Part shown: piece after piece, positions 11,901-23,823 of the stretch
How positions within the stretch are numbered: position 1 is the first letter of the stretch
Layout: each line of letters starts with the position of its first letter
Assembly: GCF_001194135.2 (NCBI RefSeq)
Contig: NC_068983.1
Coordinates: 142,700,295-142,757,474 of the forward strand
Direction: 5' to 3'
Source: Octopus bimaculoides
Lineage: Eukaryota
DNA: 57,180 bases
The notes under the pieces: generated by a model
Database searches by the model: none
What the model was told of the DNA's origin: nothing
What the model saw: the letters and a program-made list of their open reading frames with translations, nothing else
Position numbers and translations under genes: made by a program

Positions 11901-13384
11901 CTGAAGGTGCTATATTTTGAGTTCCCCATCTGTTATAGTGACTCCCCTACCTCATGCATTATGCCTGCCTCCTCCCCGTCCCACTCTCTTGTCTTCCCCC
12001 TTCAGCAACTGAATCATCAATACTCCTATTGCTCTGCCCACCACTCATCCACATGTCTCTGTCTTCTCTAGCTCATGGCTGGATTCATCCCCCCTCCAAC
12101 CCTACACATTTTGGCAATTTGCCTCCCCCACCTCTCATTCACTTTTCCATACGGTCTTGCAACCTACCCATCCACCCACTTCTACTTAAGCTGTGTCTTG
12201 TAGAGTCACCTAGGCACCTTATTGCCATTATATGTCTTGCAGATCCTACTGATAATTTTCTCTTTTTTTTGTCCCCCACTTTATCCCTACTAGATGTGAG
12301 TAGCCATGTAGATCCCTCTGCAGAAACCTGCTCTGCTTCCTTCAGAGTAATCTTCTTTTCCCTTGCCCCTTACATTAAGCTGATCCCAACTTCTTGCAGG
12401 GCTCATAATCTTGCAAGCTGCATGGTGACCTCGATATTGCAGATGGAACAAAAATCAGGACCCATCCACACTATAGAATGGTAGGTACTAAGAAGGGCAC
12501 CCAGCCATAAAAACTATGTCAAAGCAGACATTGGAGTTTGATCATGTATAAATATAGATCATCATTATCATTTAATGTCCATATTCCATGCTGGTGTGGG
12601 TTGTATGGTTTGACAGGATCCAATGTTTCCAAGGGGCATGCAGTTAAAGAGAAGAAATTATTGAAATTAGACATAACTCATTTTTACCCTATTTTAGACA
12701 TCATGCTTTGAAACTTGAAAAATGATCAAACTAGACACTAGTGTGTGTGGGGGGGGGGGNNNNNNNNNNNNNNNNNNNNNNNNNNNNNNNNNNNNNNNNN
12801 NNNNNNNNNNNNNNNNNNNNNNNNNNNNNNNNNNNNNNNNNNNNNNNNNNNNNNNNNNNNNNNNNNNNNNNNNNNNNNNNNNNNNNNNNNNNNNNNNNNN
12901 NNNNNNNNNNNNNNNNNNNNNNNNNNNNNNNNNNNNNNNNNNNNNNNNNNNNNNNNNNNNNNNNNNNNNNNNNNNNNNNNNNNNNNNNNNNNNNNNNNNN
13001 NNNNNNNNNNNNNNNNNNNNNNNNNNNNNNNNNNNNNNNNNNNNNNNNNNNNNNNNNNNNNNNNNNNNNNNNNNNNNNNNNNNNNNNNNNNNNNNNNNNN
13101 NNNNNNNNNNNNNNNNNNNNNNNNNNNNNNNNNNNNNNNNNNNNNNNNNNNNNNNNNNNNNNNNNNNNNNNNNNNNNNNNNNNNNNNNNNNNNNNNNNNN
13201 NNNNNNNNNNNNNNNNNNNNATATATATATATATAGGGAGAATTCACAAAAAAACAAAGATGAAGACAAGTGGTGTAGAAAACAAACAGATGTATTAGTA
13301 TAACACTTAGGAATTGAAAAAGTCTTTACTCTTTTGAGCCTACACTCTTCCACAGAAAGAAACAAGGACACACACACACATTTT

Positions 13385-13745
13385 AATTATCACTGAGGCT
13401 GCCAAAACACCTATATTGCAAGAAATAAGAGTTCAAAAATTTCAATGTAGTATGAAGTATGATTTTTAATATGCACATTAGCATTTCACTAAATCAGTTA
13501 TAAAATTATATGGTAAATATATATATTGACAGTCCGATTTAGCTAAACCATAGAGTGATTGAGTAGTTATTGCTGATGAGGTTACAACTGATAAGCAAAA
13601 CTAGTCTCATCCAGGAATATCCAGTCATTCATGGGGTGGTTATATTCCTTGTTGGTGTATATATATTGTGTGCTTCATATGGAATTAAGAGTTTTGAACT
13701 CTTATTTCTTGCAATATAGGTGCTTTGGCATCCTCGATAATGATT
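13385..13745. mobile_element. Penelope-like remnant: ~55-bp inverted repeats enclosing a decayed hammerhead motif
   Basis: 13385-13440 is the imperfect reverse complement of 13688-13745. Inside is CTGATGAG...C[A]AAACTAGTC at 13573-13606. The family call is an inference from this architecture. Confidence 0.5.
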
Positions 13746-13815
13746 AGTAACAACTATAGTATTCCTTTTTGGTCTTATATTTCGCCTAGCTGTTTATATT
13801 AATCATATCTATTAG

Positions 13816-14200
13816 GCACAGGCATGACTGTGTAGTAAGAAGCTTGCTTCTCAACCACATGGTTCTGAGTTCAGTTTCCTTGCATGGCATCTTGGGCAAG
13901 TGATTTTTACTATTGCCTTGGGCTAACGAAAGTCTTGTAAGTGGATTTGGTAGACTATATACATATGTATATATTTATGTGTGTGTGTGTGTGTCTGTTT
14001 GCCCCCACCCCCACCCCTATTCCATCACTTGACAACTGATGTTGGTGTGTTTACATCCCTGTAACTTAACAGTTCGAAAAAAAAAGGGACCAACAGAATA
14101 AGTACTAGGCATACAAAGAATAAGTCCTGGGGTCAATTTTTTCAACTAGAAACCTTTTAAGGTGGTGCTCCAGTATTTAAGGTGGTGCACAGTCAAATTA
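13816..14200 (+). mobile_element. tRNA-derived SINE, near full length
   Basis: tRNA-like head with A/B-box-like motifs (gtagtaagaag, gagttcagtttcc), internal (GT)n, and a tail ending ggtggtgctccag...aaacaagtaaaagaata. A similar head is at 25510. Confidence 0.75.
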
Positions 14201-14231
14201 CTGAAACAAGTAAAAGAATATAAATATATAT

Positions 14232-14735
14232 TAGAAACAATGAATATGGAAGATAAAGTATACTGGAAACTTTATTTATCACAATGATGGTTTCGACACA
14301 TCCTGCACTGCCCCCTCATGTATGCCAACATAGCATGTTCACTACCTATGGCTACCTGGTGTCATCCATGGTAATTGTGCAATCATCGCTGGATCTACAT
14401 TAGGAATTCCTCAGTGCACGTTGAGTATAGTAGAAACAATGGGCATGGAAGATATGAAACTATACAATGAATTAGAGTCCACCTCACAGTGCAGAAGTAT
14501 CTCTTCAGGTGATGCACTTGAATTCATTGTATAGTTTCTCACCCACAAGGGAGCAGTGCAGGATGTGCTGAAATGATCATTGTGATAAATAAAGTTTCCA
14601 GTATACTCTATCTTCCATATCCATTGTTTCTATACTCAATATGCACTGAGGAATTCCTAATGTAGATCCAGTGATGATTACCGTGGTGGATGACGCCAGG
14701 TAGCCATAGGCAGTGAACACGCTATGTCGGCATAC
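14232..14735. repeat. Rearranged inverted repeat of a ~200-bp unit with a central hairpin
   Basis: The + strand has x-A-B-x (14232-14454), a hairpin with arms 14455-14473 and 14521-14539, then an inverted copy reading B-x-A on the minus strand (about 14550-14735). Confidence 0.85.
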
Positions 14736-15003
14736 TCAAAACACAGTATAAATTTTAAATTTAAATCTAAACTTTAATTTTCACTTATATAAATGTATAT
14801 ATAATTAATTTTAAAAATGGAGAAAAAAACAACAAGAAAAAAAATGTGAGGACATAGTACATGTAAAGTATTAATAAGATGCTCATAGAAGGAAAAGAGT
14901 GGTTGTTTTACATTTCCTATGTTTCTTCAGAAACATAGGAAAGTTCAAAGGAAAAGAAAGGAGGAAAAAAAAAATCACCAACAGTCCACAAATACACACA
15001 CAC

Positions 15004-16420
15004 ATCATCATCATTTTGCATCTACTTTCCATGCTGACATGGATTAGACAGTTTGACAAGAACTAGCAAGCCAGAGAGCTGCACCAAGTTCCATTCTGGT
15101 TTGGCATGGTCTCTACAGCTAGATGCTCTTCCTAATGCCAACCACTCCGAGAGTGTAATGGGTGCTTTTATGTGGCACTGCACAGGAGCCAGTCACCTGC
15201 ATTGGCCTCAATTATGATTTCACTTGGCTTGACAAGTCTTCTCAAGTAGAGCATATCACTAACGATCTTAGTTTGAAGAGCATATCACTAACGATCTTGG
15301 TTTGAAGATCATGCTTCACCACTTTGTCCCATGTCTTCCTGGGTCTACCTCTTCCACAGTTAGAGATTGACACTTTGTACACAGCTGCCTTCATCCATAC
15401 ACATCACATGGCCATATCAGCACAATCATCTCTCTTGCACACATCTGATGCCTCTTATGCCCAGCTCTTCACTCAAAACGTTCACGTTGTCATACATGCA
15501 CACTGATATTGCACATCCAACAAAGCATATTAGCTTCATTTCTTTCAAGCCTACACATCACCTCAGCAGTCACAGCCCATATTTCATTGCCGTGTAGCAT
15601 GGCTGTTCACACACAGCCATCATACTGTCTGCCTTTCACTTTGAGGGAGAGGCCCTTGTTATCAACAAAGGTAGCTCTCTGAACTTTGCCCAGCCTATTG
15701 TTATTCTCGCAGCTACATTCTCAGACCATCCACCTCCACTACTGGTCACCTGGATAATGGAAGCTATCAACTACTTTTAGCTTTCCCCCGTAGATTTCTA
15801 GTGTTTATTGTACTTGTGCACCTGCCACACACAAAGACTATTTTCCGTTAACCTTCCTCTGATATTGCTGCACTAGATCTGTTCAGTTTGGTTCACAGAT
15901 TTAATTTTTTTTAACTAAACAGTTTGAAACTTCGTATACTGGTGGAATATCTCACACTGAACACAGTTTACTTTGAACATTTTTGACAAAGTTTGGTATT
16001 TTAGAAGTTGGTTGAAATTACCCAAATACGACAACTTTAACATGAAATAACTTCTAAAATACCAAATTTTATCAAAAATGTTCAAAGTAAACCATGTTCT
16101 GTGTGAGATGTTCCATCAGCATATGAAGTTTCAAACTGTTTAGTTTAAAAAAAAATTAATCAAAAAATGTGAGCTAAACTGAACAGATTCACTGCACTTT
16201 TTATGTCCATAGTTTGTAACTGGGTACATCTTATGGGGTATCTACTTAGATCTTTTTCTACATATTGAGCAGGGCCATCTATCTGAAGGGATTTGTGATT
16301 GTCCTCTTTCCTATTTACTAAGATTTTAGTTTCTGCTAAATTAACTTTAGGTCCCTTTGATTCTAGACCTTGCTTCCACACCTGAAATTTCTTCTCTAGT
16401 TCTGGTAGTGATTCAACTAT
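15004..16420 (-). mobile_element. RTE LINE 3' part with (GAT)n tail, interrupted by a MITE
   Basis: Tail catcatcatcat at ~15004. Minus frames give WKQGLESKG, LWT..KCS and GRPRKTWDKVVKHDL. Homologous to 35520-36705. Confidence 0.85.
15874..16191. mobile_element. Fold-back MITE with ~140-bp inverted arms and a 6-bp TSD (CTGCAC)
   Basis: The arms are near-complementary along their length. CTGCAC occurs at 15868-15873 and 16192-16197. Removing the element restores the RTE sequence seen uninterrupted at ~35705-35730. Confidence 0.85.
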
Positions 16421-16876
16421 AAGTAGTGAACATATATATAACTTGAAAGCAACACTAACTCAACAAATGTTGGCTATATCCAGGTTGCCTATTTAAAATC
16501 TTACCTGTTTCAAATTTTGTAATCTTTTACGACTACATTATATAAAATTCTACCAAAATAGCTGTTGTAAATTTTAAACGCCATTCTTATTAACTATTTT
16601 ATACCAAAGCCACACCAAGGATCCACTAAGTCGGATCAATGGTTGCATATGGGATTTGGTATTTATAGTATCCTGTCACCAGCTGAAGTCTACAATGTTG
16701 TTTTTTCTGGTGTCTTATGTTAATGTGCTTTCATTCTCAAAGAATACTTATTGGTAAATTGTGTGTATACATATATATGTGTGTGAAGGACCTATAATCC
16801 TTTGAGGGAATACTAGCATCCTAGTTTTCCGGTTTATACCAGTGTTCAGTGAAAACCAAATATAATAGTTTCACAT

Positions 16877-16923
<47 letters not shown>

Positions 16924-18323
16924 NNNNNNNNNNNNNNNNNNNNNNNNNNNNNNNNNNNNNNNNNNNNNNNNNNNNNNNNNNNNNNNNNNNNNNNNNNNNN
17001 NNNNNNNNNNNNNNNNNNNNNNNNNNNNNNNNNNNNNNNNNNNNNNNNNNNNNNNNNNNNNNNNNNNNNNNNNNNNNNNNNNNNNNNNNNNNNNNNNNNN
17101 NNNNNNNNNNNNNNNNNNNNNNNNNNNNNNNNNNNNNNNNNNNNNNNNNNNNNNNNNNNNNNNNNNNNNNNNNNNNNNNNNNNNNNNNNNNNNNNNNNNN
17201 NNNNNNNNNNNNNNNNNNNNNNNNNNNNNNNNNNNNNNNNNNNNNNNNNNNNNNNNNNNNNNNNNNNNNNNNNNNNNNNNNNNNNNNNNNNNNNNNNNNN
17301 NNNNNNNNNNNNNNNNNNNNNNNNNNNNNNNNNNNNNNNNNNNNNNNNNNNNNNNNNNNNNNNNNNNNNNNNNNNNNNNNNNNNNNNNNNNNNNNNNNNN
17401 NNNNNNNNNNNNNNNNNNNNNNNNNNNNNNNNNNNNNNNNNNNNNNNNNNNNNNNNNNNNNNNNNNNNNNNNNNNNNNNNNNNNNNNNNNNNNNNNNNNN
17501 NNNNNNNNNNNNNNNNNNNNNNNNNNNNNNNNNNNNNNNNNNNNNNNNNNNNNNNNNNNNNNNNNNNNNNNNNNNNNNNNNNNNNNNNNNNNNNNNNNNN
17601 NNNNNNNNNNNNNNNNNNNNNNNNNNNNNNNNNNNNNNNNNNNNNNNNNNNNNNNNNNNNNNNNNNNNNNNNNNNNNNNNNNNNNNNNNNNNNNNNNNNN
17701 NNNNNNNNNNNNNNNNNNNNNNNNNNNNNNNNNNNNNNNNNNNNNNNNNNNNNNNNNNNNAAAAAAAAAAAAAATAAGGGAGGGAAAGGTTCAGATTACA
17801 TATAGTCCATCTGGACCAATGCAAGATTTGGGTTGTCCGCGTTTAGCTGTTATTTCTAGCATATCAAGTGGGGGGTGGGGGGAAGGGGTCCAAATTTTTT
17901 TTATAGGGGGACTCGCATGACCGTGACATACAGAACACATTATCGAAAACGAAAATCGCCAAAGTTAAAAAATAAAAAAGTTACAGCCATTTTCCCTCAG
18001 TGTCTAATTCCAATGTACACCGATATTTCCTAAATATTTTAACTATCTATATGTATATATATTATACCGCGGTCAGAAAAATATTAAAGTATTTGAAATG
18101 CCAATTTAGTGTTCTCACTTTATTATTAGCAATAAACATACATCGTTCTTTTGTCTACCATTTTACGCACTTATTTCGAAATATCGCTCGTGTGTTGAGT
18201 AAATAGTTGGGTGTTTTCCTACCTACATATTTAGCACTGAATACTTTTGTTTATAAATCTCTCAAGAACATATATTTAATAATGCAATTCCATGTTTTAA
18301 ACCACAAAAAATAAACTACATAC

Positions 18324-18470
18324 ATTCAAGCTATTTTTTAAACATAAGTTCATTAACAGAAGGAAGATCGCGAAACTATCTTCAAATATTTCTCCATGTG
18401 CATGAGGAGTGTGACGTGTAAATAAAGCACAACTAATATCAAGCCGTCGAAATTTCTTCCTTGCTGGCAT
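18324..18470 (-). other. Candidate exon or short ORF (MPARKKFRRL...NSLN) with a GTATGT donor, next to the promoter-like island
   Basis: 49 open codons ending at aat|gtatgt in unique, CpG-retaining sequence. No homology recognised; it could be 5' UTR. Confidence 0.2.
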
Positions 18471-18479
18471 CCACTGCAA

Positions 18480-18965
18480 GAATACGTAGTCTCATTAAGG
18501 ACTCGCGGACATATTTTCGCTTATCTCCTACCAACATTTTTTTATGATTTTATGTAATAAATAATGTATAGTTTGTAGTTTTAAGAGCGTGAGATAGAAT
18601 GTGGCGGAGAAATTCTGATTTATGTGTCACATCTATTCCGAAAGTCGCCTTGTTTAAATATAAGTATTCCTGCATTGTACTTGTTTGGTAAAAGATTTTA
18701 TACAAGATCAATTTAAGCAGTAAGCTAAATTACAAACGGAAGTCGTTTCAGATTTAGGAACTTCGTACCTGATGAAAAAAAGAAAAAATAACGGAAGTGA
18801 GGAGGAGTGAAATTTTTTAAAGAAATATTTATTCAGAACCGTTCATTGAAATACCAAAAAAAAATATATATATTATAAAGACAAAAATAAAAGTAGCGGG
18901 AAGATAATGATGTGTGAGTATGAGTGGTGGGGTTAGCTAATCCGAAACTTCGCGCGGAAGTATTT
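18480..18965. promoter_or_regulatory. Promoter-like island with three ETS/GABP-type CGGAAGT motifs
   Basis: CGGAAGT at 18737, 18792 and 18955, with locally retained CpGs in an otherwise CpG-poor window. Confidence 0.45.
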
Positions 18966-18968
18966 AAT

Positions 18969-19120
18969 AATTAAACCTTGGGAGAGGCATTATGCCGGTA
19001 ATAAACACACGCACTGGTTCAATCCTTTATTAATTTATAAACAGTATTTAGTTTTTTGTTAAATCATTTCATTGGTGCGTGTGTTTATTACCGGCATAAT
19101 GCCTCTCCCAAGGTTTAATT
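18969..19120. repeat. Perfect 46-bp inverted repeat with a 60-bp AT-rich spacer (young MITE or hairpin)
   Basis: 18969-19014 (aattaaaccttgggagaggcattatgccggtaataaacacacgcac) is the exact reverse complement of 19075-19120. Confidence 0.95.
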
Positions 19121-19344
19121 GTATTTCTTTCAACACACGTATCCACATCAAGAATCTTGCACACGAAATATTTTATAATTGTTTCTAATATAGGTACGAG
19201 ACCCAAAATTATGGAGGAGGATTTCGGTTGACTACATAGACTTCTGTACTCGACTGTTACTTTATTTTATCAACCCTGAAAAGATGAAGGTAAAGTCTGA
19301 AGCAATGCTGCTTAAGCATTTTGTCTGGCAAGCTAATAATTTTG

Positions 19345-19545
19345 ATAGGCACAAGGGCTGAAATTTAGCGGGAGGGGACTAGTCGATTACATCAACCGTA
19401 ATACACGACCGGCACTTTATTTTATCGCTCTTTGACAAGATGAAAGGCAAAGTCAACCTCGGCGGAATATGAACTCAGAACGTAAAGCCGGAAGAAATGC
19501 CGCTTTTATCCGGCATGCTAAGGATTCTGCCAACTCACCGGTTTT
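19345..19545 (-). mobile_element. tRNA-derived SINE, with a degraded partial copy at 19190-19340
   Basis: Minus strand ggtgagttggcagaatccttagca...gagttcatattccgccgaggttgac with A/B-box-like motifs. The same head is at 56776-56840. Confidence 0.75.
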
Positions 19546-20499
19546 GGAACGTGTTTTATAACGAAAGTGTCATGTCAGTTTCTTTTACGAAGTTAAAGTA
19601 TGAATCAACCCGTCTCTGAATAAAGAGACAGGTATTAAGCTTGGGTTAGTTAGACCTAAACTATGAAATTAGTATCTATTATTCTGTACTTACGCCATAT
19701 TATTAGGATACCACACACTTCCATCAGCCAGCGAGGAACGTCTACGTTTTTTATCAACTTGCTAGAAATAGCAGCCAAATCCCCTTCAGATTATCGCTTA
19801 CTGTCTTTAAAAAAAGTACTTGGATAATGTGATCTCAGATTCCTTGCACAAAACGCTCGCTGTTGGAATGTCTCTAATAATGGGTTTACTTGATCAGACG
19901 AACAACAACAGTAACTAGCCAATTGAGTGAGTTCTACGTGATTACTGGAAATAGTCTAAATACGCTCAGTCTAGTATCTTAAGAAAGGAAAGAACGTTCA
20001 GTCATGTTCCAAATACCATCTCAAAAAACATGATGGTAGTAAGCAAGCTACTTACCACACAGCCACTCCTACGCCTGGAATTTCTTTTCCAATTCTTCTA
20101 TAAGAACAAGGTCATCAGCATATCGTATTTACCACAGTCTTAAATTTCACTATTATGACCTGGTGGACAATGATGAATTGGAGGGGAATGACAACTGAGC
20201 CCTAATGAACTCTTAAATTCTCACTCTACTGACAACTCCCCTGTACATGGCTTGTATGGCTTTAACAAGCCATTCATTTACTGTGAATGTCAAAACAATG
20301 GTTTACTTTTAGCTTGGTATTTCTCTTGCAGTTGCCTTACTAGGGAGATGGTATTCATAGTACTCCTTCTTAGCACAAAAACAAACTGCATCTCATCTAG
20401 TCTAATTCTGTTTGTAATCAATCATACTGTAACTCTAATCTTTATGACCTAGTCCAGCAATTGCTTCTATCTAAAGCATCTTTATCTTTGTAATAACTG

Positions 20500-20650
20500 A
20501 TAAGTGGTTGGCGTTAGGAAGGGCATCCAGCTGTAGAAACTTCCAAATCAGATTCGGAACCTGGTGCAGCCATCTGGTTCACCAGTCCTCAGTCAAATCG
20601 TCCAACCCCTGCTAGCATGGAAAGCGGACGTTAAACGATGATGATGATGA
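20500..20650 (+). mobile_element. RTE 3' tail / short non-autonomous copy
   Basis: gtggttggcgttaggaagggcatccagctgtagaaact...catggaaagcggacgttaaacgatgatgatgat. Confidence 0.85.
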
Positions 20651-20729
20651 CTATAATGCTGCTACACTAGTCATTGAGTAGGACACCTTCCTGTACAACC
20701 TGATTGACTATAAGTAGTAACTAGGTTGT

Positions 20730-22050
20730 ATCCTTCTCTGCTAGATATTTTAAGCATATCTGTGGTAATTCCTAGTGGATCAGGGTCTTTTCCTGTCTTC
20801 ACATCCTTGATTACTTTATCAATTATACTTTCAACTTGGATGGCTCATACTTCACTTGAGTCCACATTGAGAAGACCTTTCTCTCAAAATACTCTCCACA
20901 TTTAGCAGCCTTTCATAGTAGTACTTCCTTGCCTCTTTATTTCTGATAATCACTAAGTGCAAGTCTACTATTATTCATCCACACTTCTCACCCACAATAT
21001 CTCGATTCTGTATGTCTTACGATCTGGAACATTGGCAAATCTTTCTGCTTCTCCCTGCACTATATTAACTTATTGGCTAGCTTCCATCCTAGCTACTTGA
21101 TAAAATTCATTTTTCCAGTCTTTCTGCTCCACTACTATGCCACCCTCAGTCCAGCCATGATTTAACACCATGCAGGGATTTAGTCTGTAGCTTCAGTAAG
21201 TTGTTGCATATAAACTTCCACTTGTCTTCTGTGCTGTATCTAGCTCCTCCTTATCAGATGCTTCAATAAAAATTTCTGATTTTTAAGCTTCCATACCGTT
21301 CATTTCCAGATTAGTTAGTTTTTCTGAATCCTAGCTCTTAGGTTTGAAGTCACTAACTACTAACCTATGTTGGGTTATATATAAAATCTTCACCTGGAAA
21401 AGAGTTTACATTTACAAGCTCCTGTCTATCTTGTTTTCTGGTAAGAATGTAAGTCAATTTGGCTTGTATGCCCACTAAATTGATAGGTGATGACTTGTTT
21501 CCTGAAGGCAGTGTTGTAGATAACTTGCATCACAGAACTCCAACAGCCTTGCTTCCTCTTCATTTTTAGAACCAAATCCATAACCTCCATGTACACCATG
21601 GAATCCATGGGAATGTTGCCTAACATGTCCATTGAAGTCACCAATCACAAAATGAAGTCTCTATGATTTGTAAGGTAATCTGCAAAAGGTCTTGTAAAAC
21701 TGGTCCTTCTGATCATTTTCCAGCCCATAATGTAGAAGTAGAGATAAAAGCAACTGTTGATTTGAGTAAGACTAGTCTCAGCTTAACCCTATCACACGTG
21801 CTAACTATTTCAATCTACTAATTTCTATGCCAACACTACCCACTCCAACGGTTACCTACTCAAAAGAATTTGAACTTCTGCTCCTTTCCCATGAGGAATC
21901 TCGTCAAAGCTCCCTTCCATCTTACCGCTTGCATGCAGCACACCTCTACATGCCACCACTCCAGCATTTCAATAATCTCCCCAGTCCTTCCTTTCACTGC
22001 TAACATTGATTGTGACAACCCTGACACTGTGGACTTGTAAGTGTTACCAC
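20730..22050 (-). mobile_element. RTE LINE fragment (endonuclease to RT linker), degenerate
   Basis: Minus frames around 21520-21650 give an APE-endonuclease-like stretch (DFNGHV..H...FHGVHGGYGFG....EE...LL.FCDA). Many stops. Confidence 0.7.
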
Positions 22051-22614
22051 CTGAAAAGAATATTTGTGTGAACTGGCAGGGAGCACTTGTACATCGTTTA
22101 GTTTACTCAATGAATTACTATTTCCTCAATCTTGTACACCATCAAGGGTGAGTACCAACAAGGAAGGGAAGAAAGGGGCTAGAGGTTTGGTGAGCCAGAA
22201 GGGAGGAGGGGATGGATACATAGCAAGGTTTAAATATCTACATATTTAATCACGCATGCATATATACATCCTGCATATTAATATATGAAAATTTATTAGC
22301 AAATATAAGGCTACTTTGAATGTGTCTCAGTCTTCAGTATTTAATACTCACTACATAATTAAAATGTTAACACTAACTTACAATGGGTATATCTAGACAC
22401 CCTTTTCTTACATAAAACTAGGTTATAAGCATCATGACAGCTGAGTAAGGGTGAAGGATTTTTGTAGCTATATATTTTTCCTACCAATAATCAATCACTC
22501 AGCTGTGCAATTGAGTATAATTTATTTTTTTTATCAGTCTAACAAAATTGAAGTGGGATGCAAAATAGTGGTTATTGAATGGGAAACGTAGAATGAATAC
22601 CATTATATCACCTA

Positions 22615-22925
22615 CTAGCAGTATAACCCGGCGCTGCTCGGGATTAAGCTAGGATTATTAAATGATTAAGTCCTTTATTTCAAACCAAAATAAGTAACAT
22701 CGACATCAGATTTGAGCGAAATCCGTTGAAATTGGTTTGGCTGAAAATGGTTTGCTGGCAATTTGATTGGGAAATCCCATAAGGAATCAGTTTATTGGTT
22801 ATTTTCACTTATTGACTCTTTTTTTTTAATGTTGCATTAGAGATCTGCATAGGAGAAGGTTGATCTGAAGGTTTGCATTGGGGATCTGGATTGGAGTAAC
22901 TTAGGAAAGCTTACCAACAACCTTA
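22615..22925 (-). mobile_element. Helitron-like 3' end, cut by a gap
   Basis: Minus strand: hairpin cccgagcagcgccggg, then ttatactgCTAG|T. Same terminal architecture as 4602-4631. Confidence 0.65.
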
Positions 22926-23823
22926 NNNNNNNNNNNNNNNNNNNNNNNNNNNNNNNNNNNNNNNNNNNNNNNNNNNNNNNNNNNNNNNNNNNNNNNNNNN
23001 NNNNNNNNNNNNNNNNNNNNNNNNNNNNNNNNNNNNNNNNNNNNNNNNNNNNNNNNNNNNNNNNNNNNNNNNNNNNNNNNNNNNNNNNNNNNNNNNNNNN
23101 NNNNNNNNNNNNNNNNNNNNNNNNNNNNNNNNNNNNNNNNNNNNNNNNNNNNNNNNNNNNNNNNNNNNNNNNNNNNNNNNNNNNNNNNNNNNNNNNNNNN
23201 NNNNNNNNNNNNNNNNNNNNNNNNNNNNNNNNNNNNNNNNNNNNNNNNNNNNNNNNNNNNNNNNNNNNNNNNNNNNNNNNNNNNNNNNNNNNNNNNNNNN
23301 NNNNNNNNNNNNNNNNNNNNNNNNNNNNNNNNNNNNNNNNNNNNNNNNNNNNNNNNNNNNNNNNNNNNNNNNNNNNNNNNNNNNNNNNNNNNNNNNNNNN
23401 NNNNNNNNNNNNNNNNNNNNNNNNNNNNNNNNNNNNNNNNNNNNNNNNNNNNNNNNNNNNNNNNNNNNNNNNNNNNNNNNNNNNNNNNNNNNNNNNNNNN
23501 NNNNNNNNNNNNNNNNNNNNNNNNNNNNNNNNNNNNNNNNNNNNNNNNNNNNNNNNNNNNNNNNNNNNNNNNNNNNNNNNNNNNNNNNNNNNNNNNNNNN
23601 NNNNNNNNNNNNNNNNNNNNNNNNNNNNNNNNNNNNNNNNNNNNNNNNNNNNNNNNNNNNNNNNNNNNNNNNNNNNNNNNNNNNNNNNNNNNNNNNNNNN
23701 NNNNNNNNNNNNNNNNNNNNNNNNNNNNNNNNNNNNNNNNNNNNNNNNNNNNNNNNNNNNNNNNNNNGTATAGGAAGCCCTGAAAACGTTTTAGAAATTT
23801 TTGCAGTTCATCACACAAATATA

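Noticed and set aside
3355-23818. Long ORFs composed of X (3355-4455, 12694-13377, 16849-17824, 22901-23818)
   Set aside because: Artefacts of N gaps.
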